Source of the DNA: a virus
IMG/VR virus record: IMGVR_UViG_3300018080_000121
Span: 32,001-96,000 of that record
Length of the DNA stretch: 64,000 nucleotides
Strand: one strand, 5' to 3'
Shown here: one piece after another, positions 9,729 through 19,049 of the stretch
How positions within the stretch are numbered: position 1 is the stretch's first letter
Layout of the letters: each line of letters opens with the position of its first letter
The notes under the pieces: model-generated
The model's database searches: none
The model's input: the letters and a program-made list of their open reading frames with translations, nothing else
Told to the model about the DNA's origin: nothing
Translations under genes and position numbers: made by a program

Positions 9729-9740
9729 TTTTAGAACAAA
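9729..9740 (+). promoter_or_regulatory. Candidate phage promoter motif TTTTAGAACAAA (copy 2)
   Basis: Identical to 184-195; follows the terminator and precedes the RNAP-1 operon. Confidence 0.45.
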
Positions 9741-9775
9741 CTTAAAATGTGATACCTTTGTTAAGGAGTTATACA

Positions 9776-10189
9776 ATGACAAAATTACAGGAAAGCTTTG
9801 AAATCCTAGAAGAATTACTCCGCCAGGCTCACGAGTTAATATCTCCTATGACATACCATGATGATCTTGAGAGATTGACCCCACAGTTTATGATGGGTGA
9901 TATGCAAAAGAATCCTGGATGTTATATTAAAATGGATACTGGTCGAAAAACGATGGTGTTTCCTATCTGTAATAGAAATGGAATCAAGACACCACAAATG
10001 ATCAAGTTCTCTCTAAAGTTAGCAGCAAGATTAAACGATGCAGATTATGTTGATCAAGAAAGAATTTCAATTGTGATTTCGAAGTTAAATCGTCTTTTAA
10101 ACAGATATGACAGACCAGTACCAAAGCCTTCTAGAGCCGCTGGAGTTAAAAGTCTAGCCACACAAAAATTTAATCAATTGATGAAATAA
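9776..10189 (+). CDS. Hypothetical protein
   Basis: ORF track 9749-10189; ATG at 9776 follows AAGGAG. Confidence 0.65.
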   Translation: MTKLQESFEILEELLRQAHELISPMTYHDDLERLTPQFMMGDMQKNPGCYIKMDTGRKTMVFPICNRNGIKTPQMIKFSLKLAARLNDADYVDQERISIVISKLNRLLNRYDRPVPKPSRAAGVKSLATQKFNQLMK

Positions 10190-10190
10190 A

Positions 10191-12530
10191 ATGTTAAGAC
10201 TTCTGAATACTGATTCTTATGTGAAAGGTCTTACACCAGTAACGTCGATGACATATACTACTAAAGCTGGTGAGTTTCATGAGGATGGTCTGTTTAGCGA
10301 AAAAATTTTTGGGCCTAATGGATCTCTTGAGAGACGACAAACCTTTTCATATATTGAGTTGAGATCAAAAGTAGTACACCCTGCCGCTTTAAGAATAATT
10401 CTCCAGTTAGATAGACGTGTAGAAAAGTTTTTATCTACCGAAGACTCATTCATTTTGAATAAAGGTCGCCTAGAAGTAGTAGAGACTGGAGGTGTCACTG
10501 GAATCAATGAGTTCATCAAATTGTTTCCAAGGATCAAGTGGAGAGGTGAAACAGACACAAGAGAAAAGTTAATCAAATTTATTGAAAATGAGAAAAAGAA
10601 AAAAACTCTTTTCATTGATAAAATACCTGTTATCCCACCTGATTTAAGACCTGCAGTTCTAGGTGAAGATGGAAACTGGATGATTGACGCTCTTAATGAC
10701 GTATACATTTCAATTATGAGAAGAGCTGCTCAAGTGAGATCTTCTGGTTCTGGACCTTTATATGATTTATTAAACTATGCATTACAAAATGCAGTTATGG
10801 ATCATGACAACTATATTCGAACGAGAATTAATAAGAAACAAGGTCTCATTAGAAGTCAGATGCTTGGTAAGCGTGTAGACTTTTCAGGCAGAGCAGTTAT
10901 TACACCAAGTCCAAAAATCAACTTAAATGAACTTGGGGTTCCATTACGTTTGGCAGTTGGTCTCTTTGAACCATTCATATTACATCGCTTGCTTTATTCC
11001 GGTAAAGTTAATAGAGAAACTTTAGCAACACTTGTTGAAGAATTTACAGGGTTGGAATTATCTGTGGATGGCATCAAACGAGTATTGAAAGCTATTAAAG
11101 AAAACGATAAAATCCCTGAAGATTTATATGAGTTATTTTTTGAAGCAACTGATGCTGCAATGGCGGGAAGGGTAGTTGTACTAAAACGTGACCCTGTATT
11201 ACATACACAAAGTTATATGGCTTACTTTCCTGTATTACATAGGGGAAATACATTAGAAATGTCAACACTTCAAGTTGGTGCTCACAATGCTGACTTTGAT
11301 GGTGACCAAATGGCAGTATTTCATCCATTGACAGATGAAGCTCAAAGAGAAGCTAGAGAGAGAATGACACGTCTTACTAGCGGTACATCTTCTTCTCAGT
11401 TAGTATTTGAATTATCAAAAGAGATGTGGGCGGGTTTATATATCATAACTAAAGATAAAAAGTCATCTAAACCTGCAAAAGCTGTATCTGATGAAGATTT
11501 GGAAAATATAACTGACCCATATATTCCTGTAAAATATAGAGGAAAGACAACTACAGCAGGAAAAGCAATTTTCAATAGCTGTTTTCCAAAAGGAATGTCA
11601 TTTCAAACAGGTATTGCATCTAAAAAATTAACAGGGTCTTTAATACAATTAGCTTTTAAAAAGTATGGTGAACCGGCAACTATTAAAATTGCTAATAAAT
11701 TGAAACATGTAGCTTTTAAATGGGCAACTATCACTGCTCCATCAATGACTCTTGATACATTTCAACTTCCAAAATCTGTGTATGTGATTAAAGAAAAGAT
11801 CAAAACTGCAACTCCAGAAGAAGCACAAGATCTTATTGATAAAGCTCAAAAAATTGTAGAGAAAGAATTAAAAGATACAGGGTTTGGTGATTTAGTAGAA
11901 TCTGGATCTGCTAAAGGTTGGGGTCAGCCAATGCAGATCCTTGTTTCTAAAGGTGTTATTGCTGATCCTGATGGTAATGTTTTAGATCCTGTAGCTGGTT
12001 CATTTGCGGACGGCTTATCAAATGTTGACTTCTTTAAAGCATCACAGGGCGCAAGAAAAGGTATTATTGACCGTGTTATCAACACGGCGGATACCGGATA
12101 TATGGCTCGTCGACTTGCATATTTCCTCAATACTGTAGAAGTTGATCGCACTCTACGAGATTGTAAAACAACCAGGACTCTTGATTTTCTATTAACAGAA
12201 GATTTAATAGATCGATTTACTGGTCGATTCGTTATTAAAAATGGTAAGTTAATGCCATTTGAACAAGCGAAATTGAAATTAGGTGATATTGTTCATTTAC
12301 GAAGTCCTGTTTTTTGTAGAAGTCCAAAAATATGTCACACTTGCTATGGGAGATTAATTGAGAGACATAGAACTCCATATGTCGGTATTTTAGCATCACA
12401 GATTATTGGAGAGAGAGGGACCCAGCTAATTATGAAGACATTCCATACAGGTGGTGCTGTAACATTGATTAAACGAGATATGTTAAGTGATATAATTAAT
12501 AATGATCCATTGTCAGGATTGAAAAAATAG
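10191..12530 (+). CDS. rpoC: RNA polymerase 1 beta' subunit, N-terminal/catalytic part (probable virion RNAP)
   Basis: GLFSEKIFGP, IPVIPPDLRP, LGKRVDFSGRAVI, RDPVLH, catalytic NADFDGD, bridge helix GARKGIIDRVINTADTGYMARRL, ends soon after trigger-loop MKTFHTGG. Confidence 0.95.
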   Translation: MLRLLNTDSYVKGLTPVTSMTYTTKAGEFHEDGLFSEKIFGPNGSLERRQTFSYIELRSKVVHPAALRIILQLDRRVEKFLSTEDSFILNKGRLEVVETGGVTGINEFIKLFPRIKWRGETDTREKLIKFIENEKKKKTLFIDKIPVIPPDLRPAVLGEDGNWMIDALNDVYISIMRRAAQVRSSGSGPLYDLLNYALQNAVMDHDNYIRTRINKKQGLIRSQMLGKRVDFSGRAVITPSPKINLNELGVPLRLAVGLFEPFILHRLLYSGKVNRETLATLVEEFTGLELSVDGIKRVLKAIKENDKIPEDLYELFFEATDAAMAGRVVVLKRDPVLHTQSYMAYFPVLHRGNTLEMSTLQVGAHNADFDGDQMAVFHPLTDEAQREARERMTRLTSGTSSSQLVFELSKEMWAGLYIITKDKKSSKPAKAVSDEDLENITDPYIPVKYRGKTTTAGKAIFNSCFPKGMSFQTGIASKKLTGSLIQLAFKKYGEPATIKIANKLKHVAFKWATITAPSMTLDTFQLPKSVYVIKEKIKTATPEEAQDLIDKAQKIVEKELKDTGFGDLVESGSAKGWGQPMQILVSKGVIADPDGNVLDPVAGSFADGLSNVDFFKASQGARKGIIDRVINTADTGYMARRLAYFLNTVEVDRTLRDCKTTRTLDFLLTEDLIDRFTGRFVIKNGKLMPFEQAKLKLGDIVHLRSPVFCRSPKICHTCYGRLIERHRTPYVGILASQIIGERGTQLIMKTFHTGGAVTLIKRDMLSDIINNDPLSGLKK

Positions 12531-12540
12531 TGGAGTTGTT

Positions 12541-12801
12541 ATGAAAACTTTCAGAACTGAATCAAAATATCATGATGACGCGTTAAAACGAGACATCAAA
12601 AGAAAAGTAACCGTAGCTGGTGTTACATTAGTTGGACTTCCACTTGTTACTATGTACGCACTCTTTCAAGTATATGAAAGACTATTAGCAAAGAAAAAGA
12701 AAGCTAAAACTCCAAGAGAAAAGTCTGAGATCGAATGGAAGATACAAAGACTAGCCAGACGAGCTAAGAAATTAATGGCGAAGGTGAAGAAAAATGGCTA
12801 A
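12541..12801 (+). CDS. Small basic protein with one hydrophobic helix, inserted between the two beta' parts
   Basis: 86 aa with GGAG RBS; Lys/Arg/Ala-rich C-terminus. Confidence 0.65.
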   Translation: MKTFRTESKYHDDALKRDIKRKVTVAGVTLVGLPLVTMYALFQVYERLLAKKKKAKTPREKSEIEWKIQRLARRAKKLMAKVKKNG

Positions 12802-13510
12802 GAGTATATCTACATATCTAAAACAATCTGGTAATGATCTTGTTGTGTTAAGAGATTGTGTTCTTACTATTGATATGTCCAACTATGATGCCGACAATAT
12901 GAGAATGGAAGAGAAGATATGGGTCAAGTCATTGTTAGCAAAAGCGGAGTTTGGAGATCTAATATTTGATATTGTTCTGGATTATCCTGTAGACCTTCAT
13001 GTATATAAGATGGACAAAGTAGGAAAAGAATACATCAAACTCCATTATACAGCGAATTCAATTATGCTATCAGTTTCAATTGAAGCCGCTGAATCTAAAG
13101 TTCAGATTTCATATGTAGATCGTCTAATTGGCGGAAAAGAGATCTTAAAAGATGCTTCTCATTTATATAGAAAGTTGTTTGCAGTATATGGCAAACTTTC
13201 AAATATGGATTCTGCACACCTAGAGGTCCTTTGTTCTCAAGTATTAAGAGATAGACAAAATGTCCAAATACCTGCGAGGTTAGGAAAAAAGTGGGATCCT
13301 ACTTTAGTAAATCTAAAGAAAGTAGTTTTCTCAGAAGGGTTTATCAATGGGCTTGCATTTGAGAATGTCAATGAAGCAATTAAGACTGGTTTGATATCTG
13401 ATGAACGAGCCGAACCTAGTATTATTGAAAAGGTTATGACAGGTACGTTGGTTGATGATAGACGTGGACAAAAAGGTATGGTAGGAAGTAGACATTATAA
13501 AAATAGGTAA
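12794..13510 (+). CDS. rpoC: RNA polymerase 1 beta' subunit, C-terminal part
   Basis: ISYVDRLIGGK (second trigger helix equivalent), MDSAHLEVLCSQVLR (cf. bacterial INDKHIEVIVRQM), GLAFEN..EAIKTG, IEKVMTG; own AGGTGA RBS. Confidence 0.85.
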   Translation: MAKSISTYLKQSGNDLVVLRDCVLTIDMSNYDADNMRMEEKIWVKSLLAKAEFGDLIFDIVLDYPVDLHVYKMDKVGKEYIKLHYTANSIMLSVSIEAAESKVQISYVDRLIGGKEILKDASHLYRKLFAVYGKLSNMDSAHLEVLCSQVLRDRQNVQIPARLGKKWDPTLVNLKKVVFSEGFINGLAFENVNEAIKTGLISDERAEPSIIEKVMTGTLVDDRRGQKGMVGSRHYKNR

Positions 13511-13514
13511 TGAT

Positions 13515-14297
13515 ATGTTACTAGAAGAATATCTAGATCATTTACAGGAAATTGAACCAACCACTGCTGCAGGAATAGTAATTGGATCCATGACTTTTTT
13601 GATGATTGTAGGTGGTCCAATTCTGCAAGCACATATGTTAGTGAAAACCTCGAAAAGACACAAGGTTCTAGAAAAGAAACTTAAGGACATACTTCAAGAT
13701 GGACGAGATTGGAAGATATATATCATGAAAGAGAAGCTTCCAAATGCTGGCATTTTAAGTGAAAAACCAGAGATATTTGTAACATCTGGATTGTTTAAGT
13801 ATGTAACGGATCGAGAAGTGATGGCTATACTACTCCACGAAGTAGGTCATATCAGGGGGTTTCATGCGACAAAACAAGGGTGGTCTACAGCAATATTAGT
13901 CAGTCCCGCCATTGCTGCAGCGACAACAACATTATTCAATACCGCAACATTAGTGGCTTCAGCGTTAGCACCACTAGCGGTAATGGCTATTCTATTTACA
14001 TCACATATGATCATGCTTCCTATGAGTAGAAGTCATGAATATAAAGCAGATGAACATACAATACGATATGGATATGGAAAGGATCTAGCCTCAGCCCTTA
14101 AGAAAATGATAAAAGTTCATCAAAAAGGACATTCAAAATTATCTAAGAAAATAGCAAGTTATCTTGATCCACATCCGACAGTTGAAAGGCGAGTAGCAAA
14201 TATATTACTACACGCCTCAACGATAAAACTCATTCTAAAAAATACTTTAACTAAATCGGATGTAGTTAAACATCTCGCAAAACTTTGGAAGGGTTAA
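13515..14297 (+). CDS. M48/HtpX-like Zn metallopeptidase
   Basis: PNA, VTSGL..REVMAILLHEVGH (HExxH), SRSHEYKAD, HPTVERRV. Confidence 0.85.
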   Translation: MLLEEYLDHLQEIEPTTAAGIVIGSMTFLMIVGGPILQAHMLVKTSKRHKVLEKKLKDILQDGRDWKIYIMKEKLPNAGILSEKPEIFVTSGLFKYVTDREVMAILLHEVGHIRGFHATKQGWSTAILVSPAIAAATTTLFNTATLVASALAPLAVMAILFTSHMIMLPMSRSHEYKADEHTIRYGYGKDLASALKKMIKVHQKGHSKLSKKIASYLDPHPTVERRVANILLHASTIKLILKNTLTKSDVVKHLAKLWKG

Positions 14298-14299
14298 AA

Positions 14300-14644
14300 A
14301 TGTATACATATAGAGCTAAGGTAACAAGGGTTGTCGACGGTGATACATTCCATGCTGAAGTGGATCTTGGCTTTAAATTAACTATGAAACAAACATTTAG
14401 GTTAGCTGAGATTGACACCCCAGAGACATTTCGACCAAAATCTGAAGCAGAAAGAGCGCATGGACAGCAGGCTAAGGAGTTCGTTAAACGAGCAATTGAA
14501 GGAAAGATTGTTACTGTCAAAACGAAGAAGACGGGAAAGTATGGTAGATATATCGCCTATGTAACTTATGGTGGTGGACTTAGTCTATTACAAGAATTAA
14601 GGGACAAAGGATTCGAAAAGAAGGAATCATATGATACAATTTAA
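14300..14644 (+). CDS. Thermonuclease (SNase-like) nuclease
   Basis: YRAKVTRVVDGDTF..RLAEIDTPE..GKYGRYIA; ATG at 14300. Confidence 0.85.
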   Translation: MYTYRAKVTRVVDGDTFHAEVDLGFKLTMKQTFRLAEIDTPETFRPKSEAERAHGQQAKEFVKRAIEGKIVTVKTKKTGKYGRYIAYVTYGGGLSLLQELRDKGFEKKESYDTI

Positions 14645-17600
14645 GTCACTTAAGCAGTATACTCATCTGGTTGATGGAATTCGATTTCCAAAAAATAGGA
14701 ACGAACCATTTTTACTAGTTTATATGAGTGAGAACTCTACGTTGTTAGATGATTATACTAAGTTAAATCTTCGAAGAACCGATGCGCGGTTTGTTATGGT
14801 TCCGTTAACTAAGATACCTATTTCCAGAATGACAGCTGAGTTAAAAAAATTATATAAGACTCAAGGGTTATACGCATATTCTACATCCCAAAAAGTTCCT
14901 GAAGGACAGAATTTAATTTACGATCTAAGTAACTTTTTGAAAACAATGGACACTACTTATAATGTCAAAACGTACCGACAGCGAGCAGGATTCTTGTTGA
15001 AAAATATGTTGTTAAAAGTTGCAAATTCATACCCTCCCAACTATCAAAAAATACTAATCTATTCAGTTGATACAACAAAATCTATGAATTCATTTATAGA
15101 TAGAAAGATATTTCCTTTGTTGATTCAATTGAAAAAAGAACCTTTCCAATTTGATCATCTAATTCTTAATACCATTGGTGATGCAACTTCTAGGTATCGT
15201 CTTCTAATTAAAGACAGACAATTTAATTTCAATAGAATTCACCAATTTCTAAAGAAGATTAGGCTATTAGATCCCGAAAAAGAGAAAGAAGAACAATTAG
15301 TAAATGCGACTAGTGCGGTCATGAATCGAATTGATGCTGACATTGAACCTAGTAACAAAAGTAAAATAAGGGACGCAATTGTTAGATTTTTTAAGAGAAG
15401 TCCTAAGTCTTTAGAGAAGGCGAGTATTGATTCTATAGATGATAATGAAGCTCAGGAAATCGCTACAGCGTCAATTCTATTTAAAGCGAATGGTGATTTG
15501 TATAGAGCTAGAAGAACCGCCAAATCAATTCCTACAACAAATAAGAAAGCCGCTTTAAAAGTGGTAGATAAACGATATTCTGATGAGCTTTTAAAACCTC
15601 ATAAAACCGAAACTTTATCTGATGATGTAATAGTCCAAGTGGCTAACATTCCAAAAGCTGTAGGGAATAAATCACCGGAGCATATATTTGAGAAACGAAA
15701 AATAGACTTTGCAACTAATCTAAAGAAGGATATGACTAACTCATTTCGAGTTCTCCAGTCAAAAGAGGTCCCATTAAAAGTAGCTAGTGTAAAGATAATA
15801 CAAAAACCAAGTCGTTCTGGAGAATTGCGCAAATCAGATGTTAGTACAATTCAAGTTACTCTTACTGACAAATTTAGAAGAAAACATGTTGTTGATATTG
15901 ATATTCCTAACGTGGGTGAAGATGGTACCTTTTATGTAAATGGTAAACGCAAATGTCTCATTAACCAAATAGTACTTTGTCCTATTTCGTTTCCTAAACC
16001 TTATGATGCTAAGTTTGAGAGTAGTTATTCAACTTTCCATATTTGGAGCAAGAGAACCAAAAGAGAACAGTACTTAGAAGGGTATATTGGTTCATACAAA
16101 CTCCCTCTAATGATACTTCTGGCGTTTAGTTTTGGTTGGGAAGAAACTCTTAAATTGTATGATATCACTCATGAATTTGTAACAGAGAAACCAAGTAAAG
16201 AAGTTGGGTGGAGATATAAATTAGCTGATGACAGATATCTTATTTTTGGAAATGTTGATACCCCATTAAAGGAGGAAATGTGTCAATCGTTTATCCACGC
16301 AAATGTTGCTGCTTATAAACTCAATCAAGAATTTGGAACTAAAGAATATTTTAATGATTTGATTATTAAAATAAGTGGGCGTATTAATTCCACCTTCTTA
16401 ATCGAGTCAAACCTTGAGAATATTGTTGATCCTGTAGCAAGACAGGTGTTAATCAACCAACAACTACCAAGTGATTTATACCTGATTATGAAATATATGG
16501 CTTCAAAGGTAGTAACGGGGTTTACACAAAAACGCAATGACATATCAAACCAGCGAATTAGGAACTCTGAGATATTGGTCCATTTGGCACAGAAACAAAT
16601 ACTTGCTGCCTATACCGAATACAAAGAGCAAGTCCTGGCCGGAAATAAAAAAGCTAATTTTGAGTTGTCACAAACTAAAGTGTTGTCTGATTTTATCAAT
16701 TCCGAAATTGTTTCTGATATGGAGTATGCAAATCCTGTAGAAGAGATGGCTACAAAAACAAGGGTCTCTCCTGTTGGAAAGACTATTGGTGGTATTCCAG
16801 ACAAACAAGCTATCCAAAATGAAGGTCGAAATGTTCATGATTCTATGTTTGGAAATATTGATACATTAGATACTCCTGAAGGACCAAATGTTGGCATTGT
16901 CCAACAATTAACAGTAGACGCATACATCACATCAGCTCGAGGACTTATTGCGACAAAGGATATTAAAGAGGGAGAAGACTCTGGCTTACTTTCTACTACT
17001 AGTTCGCAAATTCCATTTGTTGAAAATAACGATGGGAATAGAGTAATGTTCGGATGTAATCAATCTAGACAAGCAATACCTCTTAAAAACCCAGAACCAC
17101 CAATGATTCAAACGGGATATGAATCTATCCTTACTAACGTTTTATCTGATGCGTTTGTAAAGAGAGCGCCTTGTGCTGGAAAGATAAAAGAGATAACAGA
17201 TGATTTCATTAAAGTAGCTTGTAAGGGTGGTCCTGCAAAGAAAGTAGATATAATTCCTGTTCATTTGAGATCTGGGTCTGGAAAAGATACTCTCAGTGTT
17301 TTTAATCCAAAAGTAAAAGTTGGTCAATCTGTTGCTAATAATCAAATTATTGCAGAAGGTGCCTGTATATCTCAAGGCACTATTGCTCTTGGTAGGACTC
17401 TTTGTGTAGCTTATATGCCTTACAAAGGTTATAATTTTGAGGACGGAATTGTAATTGCAGAGTCGGTTGCTAAAGAAGAAAAACTAACATCTCTCCATGG
17501 AATCATGGAAGAAGTTCTTGTTTCAAGAGATGATAGAATCACTTTTATGACAGAACTTGGAACAAAAACTAAAAGGGGTGATCCGTTAATTCGTAAGACA

Positions 17601-18722
17601 ATAGGAGAAGTTGAACAACTTATTGGTTATGAAGAAGAGGTAGAAGGGGAAGAAATTGTATCAGGACATTTTATCAAAAAATCCCCTGGAGGTGTTGTAG
17701 TTGATATTGAAGTGTTTTCAAATGTTCCAGAAAGTAAATTCCCAGATTTAAAACCTCTCATTCAACGAACAAGATCTCGATATAAAGTTCAACCAAAAGA
17801 GAAATTTACAGTTCGTGGTGAAACTGTAAAGGGTGTGTTGATTAGATTTAAAGTTGAACAAGAATTACCGATTGGAGTTGGAGATAAATTAACAAATCGA
17901 CATGGTGCGAAAGGTATTGTATCGTTGATTGAGAAAGATGAATTGATGCCACGGACTCCTACCGGAGATAAAATTGAAGTAATTTTAAACCCAATCGGTG
18001 TTATTGGTAGAATGAACGTTGGACAATTATATGAAATGTATGTTGGGTTAATCTCCAGAGAATTAGGTAGAAGGATAATAGCTGGGAAGAGTAAATCAAA
18101 AGCTGTAGCTCTGATGAAAAGTGTCTTACCAAAACTAGATACAACAAAGAATAAAGAATTCAGTAAAACATTAATTCGAAAATTTCAGGGATTGAATGCA
18201 ACTAAATTTAAACAGTTTATGGATCAAGTAAGTCAATCAAATAATATGACGATCCTAGTACCACCATTTAAAGCTCCAAGTTATCCTGAGATACTTTCAG
18301 CAATGAAAATGTTGAAATTGAAGCCGGGTTATAAGTTAAAGCTTCCAGAGTATAACACAACAACAAAACATGAAGTCCCAATCGGATATCAATACATTTT
18401 GAAACTCGAACATATTGGAGCTGAGAAACTGCACGTTAGAAGTACAGGTCCGATAACAAGTAAGACAATGCAACCGACTTCGGGTAAACGAAGAGAGGGT
18501 GGTCAGAGAATGGGTGAGTTGGATACATACTCGTTTATATCTTATAATTGTCCAAACTTGTTAGCAGAATTTTTTGGACCACTTTCAGATGACCATGTGA
18601 CAAAGAATCAAATTTTGTCCGATATTATACAGACAGGTAGTGCTCAGTATAGACCACCTAAAGCATCACCTGTCCGAGATTTGTTAAATTCATATTTTGT
18701 TTCATTAATGATAGGGAGGTAG
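14631..18722 (+). CDS. rpoB: RNA polymerase 1 beta subunit (unsplit, long N-terminal extension)
   Basis: GTFYVNGKRKCLINQI, DTPEGPNVG, NDGNRVMFGCNQSRQA, GYNFEDG, GDKLTNRHGAKG, NPIGVIGRMNVGQ, GGQRMGELD. Confidence 0.95.
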   Translation: MIQFKSLKQYTHLVDGIRFPKNRNEPFLLVYMSENSTLLDDYTKLNLRRTDARFVMVPLTKIPISRMTAELKKLYKTQGLYAYSTSQKVPEGQNLIYDLSNFLKTMDTTYNVKTYRQRAGFLLKNMLLKVANSYPPNYQKILIYSVDTTKSMNSFIDRKIFPLLIQLKKEPFQFDHLILNTIGDATSRYRLLIKDRQFNFNRIHQFLKKIRLLDPEKEKEEQLVNATSAVMNRIDADIEPSNKSKIRDAIVRFFKRSPKSLEKASIDSIDDNEAQEIATASILFKANGDLYRARRTAKSIPTTNKKAALKVVDKRYSDELLKPHKTETLSDDVIVQVANIPKAVGNKSPEHIFEKRKIDFATNLKKDMTNSFRVLQSKEVPLKVASVKIIQKPSRSGELRKSDVSTIQVTLTDKFRRKHVVDIDIPNVGEDGTFYVNGKRKCLINQIVLCPISFPKPYDAKFESSYSTFHIWSKRTKREQYLEGYIGSYKLPLMILLAFSFGWEETLKLYDITHEFVTEKPSKEVGWRYKLADDRYLIFGNVDTPLKEEMCQSFIHANVAAYKLNQEFGTKEYFNDLIIKISGRINSTFLIESNLENIVDPVARQVLINQQLPSDLYLIMKYMASKVVTGFTQKRNDISNQRIRNSEILVHLAQKQILAAYTEYKEQVLAGNKKANFELSQTKVLSDFINSEIVSDMEYANPVEEMATKTRVSPVGKTIGGIPDKQAIQNEGRNVHDSMFGNIDTLDTPEGPNVGIVQQLTVDAYITSARGLIATKDIKEGEDSGLLSTTSSQIPFVENNDGNRVMFGCNQSRQAIPLKNPEPPMIQTGYESILTNVLSDAFVKRAPCAGKIKEITDDFIKVACKGGPAKKVDIIPVHLRSGSGKDTLSVFNPKVKVGQSVANNQIIAEGACISQGTIALGRTLCVAYMPYKGYNFEDGIVIAESVAKEEKLTSLHGIMEEVLVSRDDRITFMTELGTKTKRGDPLIRKTIGEVEQLIGYEEEVEGEEIVSGHFIKKSPGGVVVDIEVFSNVPESKFPDLKPLIQRTRSRYKVQPKEKFTVRGETVKGVLIRFKVEQELPIGVGDKLTNRHGAKGIVSLIEKDELMPRTPTGDKIEVILNPIGVIGRMNVGQLYEMYVGLISRELGRRIIAGKSKSKAVALMKSVLPKLDTTKNKEFSKTLIRKFQGLNATKFKQFMDQVSQSNNMTILVPPFKAPSYPEILSAMKMLKLKPGYKLKLPEYNTTTKHEVPIGYQYILKLEHIGAEKLHVRSTGPITSKTMQPTSGKRREGGQRMGELDTYSFISYNCPNLLAEFFGPLSDDHVTKNQILSDIIQTGSAQYRPPKASPVRDLLNSYFVSLMIGR

Positions 18723-18727
18723 TTACA

Positions 18728-19048
18728 ATGATTACTGACGCTTACTTAGAGTTCCTAACTGAGCAAGATGAGGGTGAAGAAGAAAAGAAGCCTTTTTATA
18801 AAAGAGGATCTTTTTGGAAGAAAGCTGGCGCTGTTGCTGCATTAGGTGCAGCTGGATACGCTGGTCATAAATATGGTGGAAGAGCAGCAGCTGCGGCTAA
18901 AAGTGCTGCAGAGAAAGTTGGACAACGAACCGGACTTACCGCCGGCATGAAAGCTATGCGAGCATCGTTGAAAAGTCAGGCAGCTGAGCGAGCAAAAGCT
19001 AAGGCTGCCAAAGCCGCTCAAGCTAAACAACCAGCAACAACGGTATAA
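18728..19048 (+). CDS. Small Ala/Lys-rich protein (possible internal head protein)
   Basis: Acidic N-terminus MITDAYLEFLTEQDE, GAVAALGAAGYAG helix, basic Ala-rich tail. Confidence 0.65.
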   Translation: MITDAYLEFLTEQDEGEEEKKPFYKRGSFWKKAGAVAALGAAGYAGHKYGGRAAAAAKSAAEKVGQRTGLTAGMKAMRASLKSQAAERAKAKAAKAAQAKQPATTV

Positions 19049-19049
19049 T

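Noticed and set aside
12432-12560. MKTF shared by the trigger loop (MKTFHTGG) and the inserted ORF start (MKTFRTE)
   Set aside because: DNA sequences differ and similarity ends after a few residues; treated as coincidence rather than target-site duplication.
12531-12793. Group I intron or intein splitting beta'
   Set aside because: No recognisable intron core or homing-nuclease motif; the insert is a clean ORF with its own RBS and the downstream part has its own RBS and ATG. Not formally excluded without RT-PCR.
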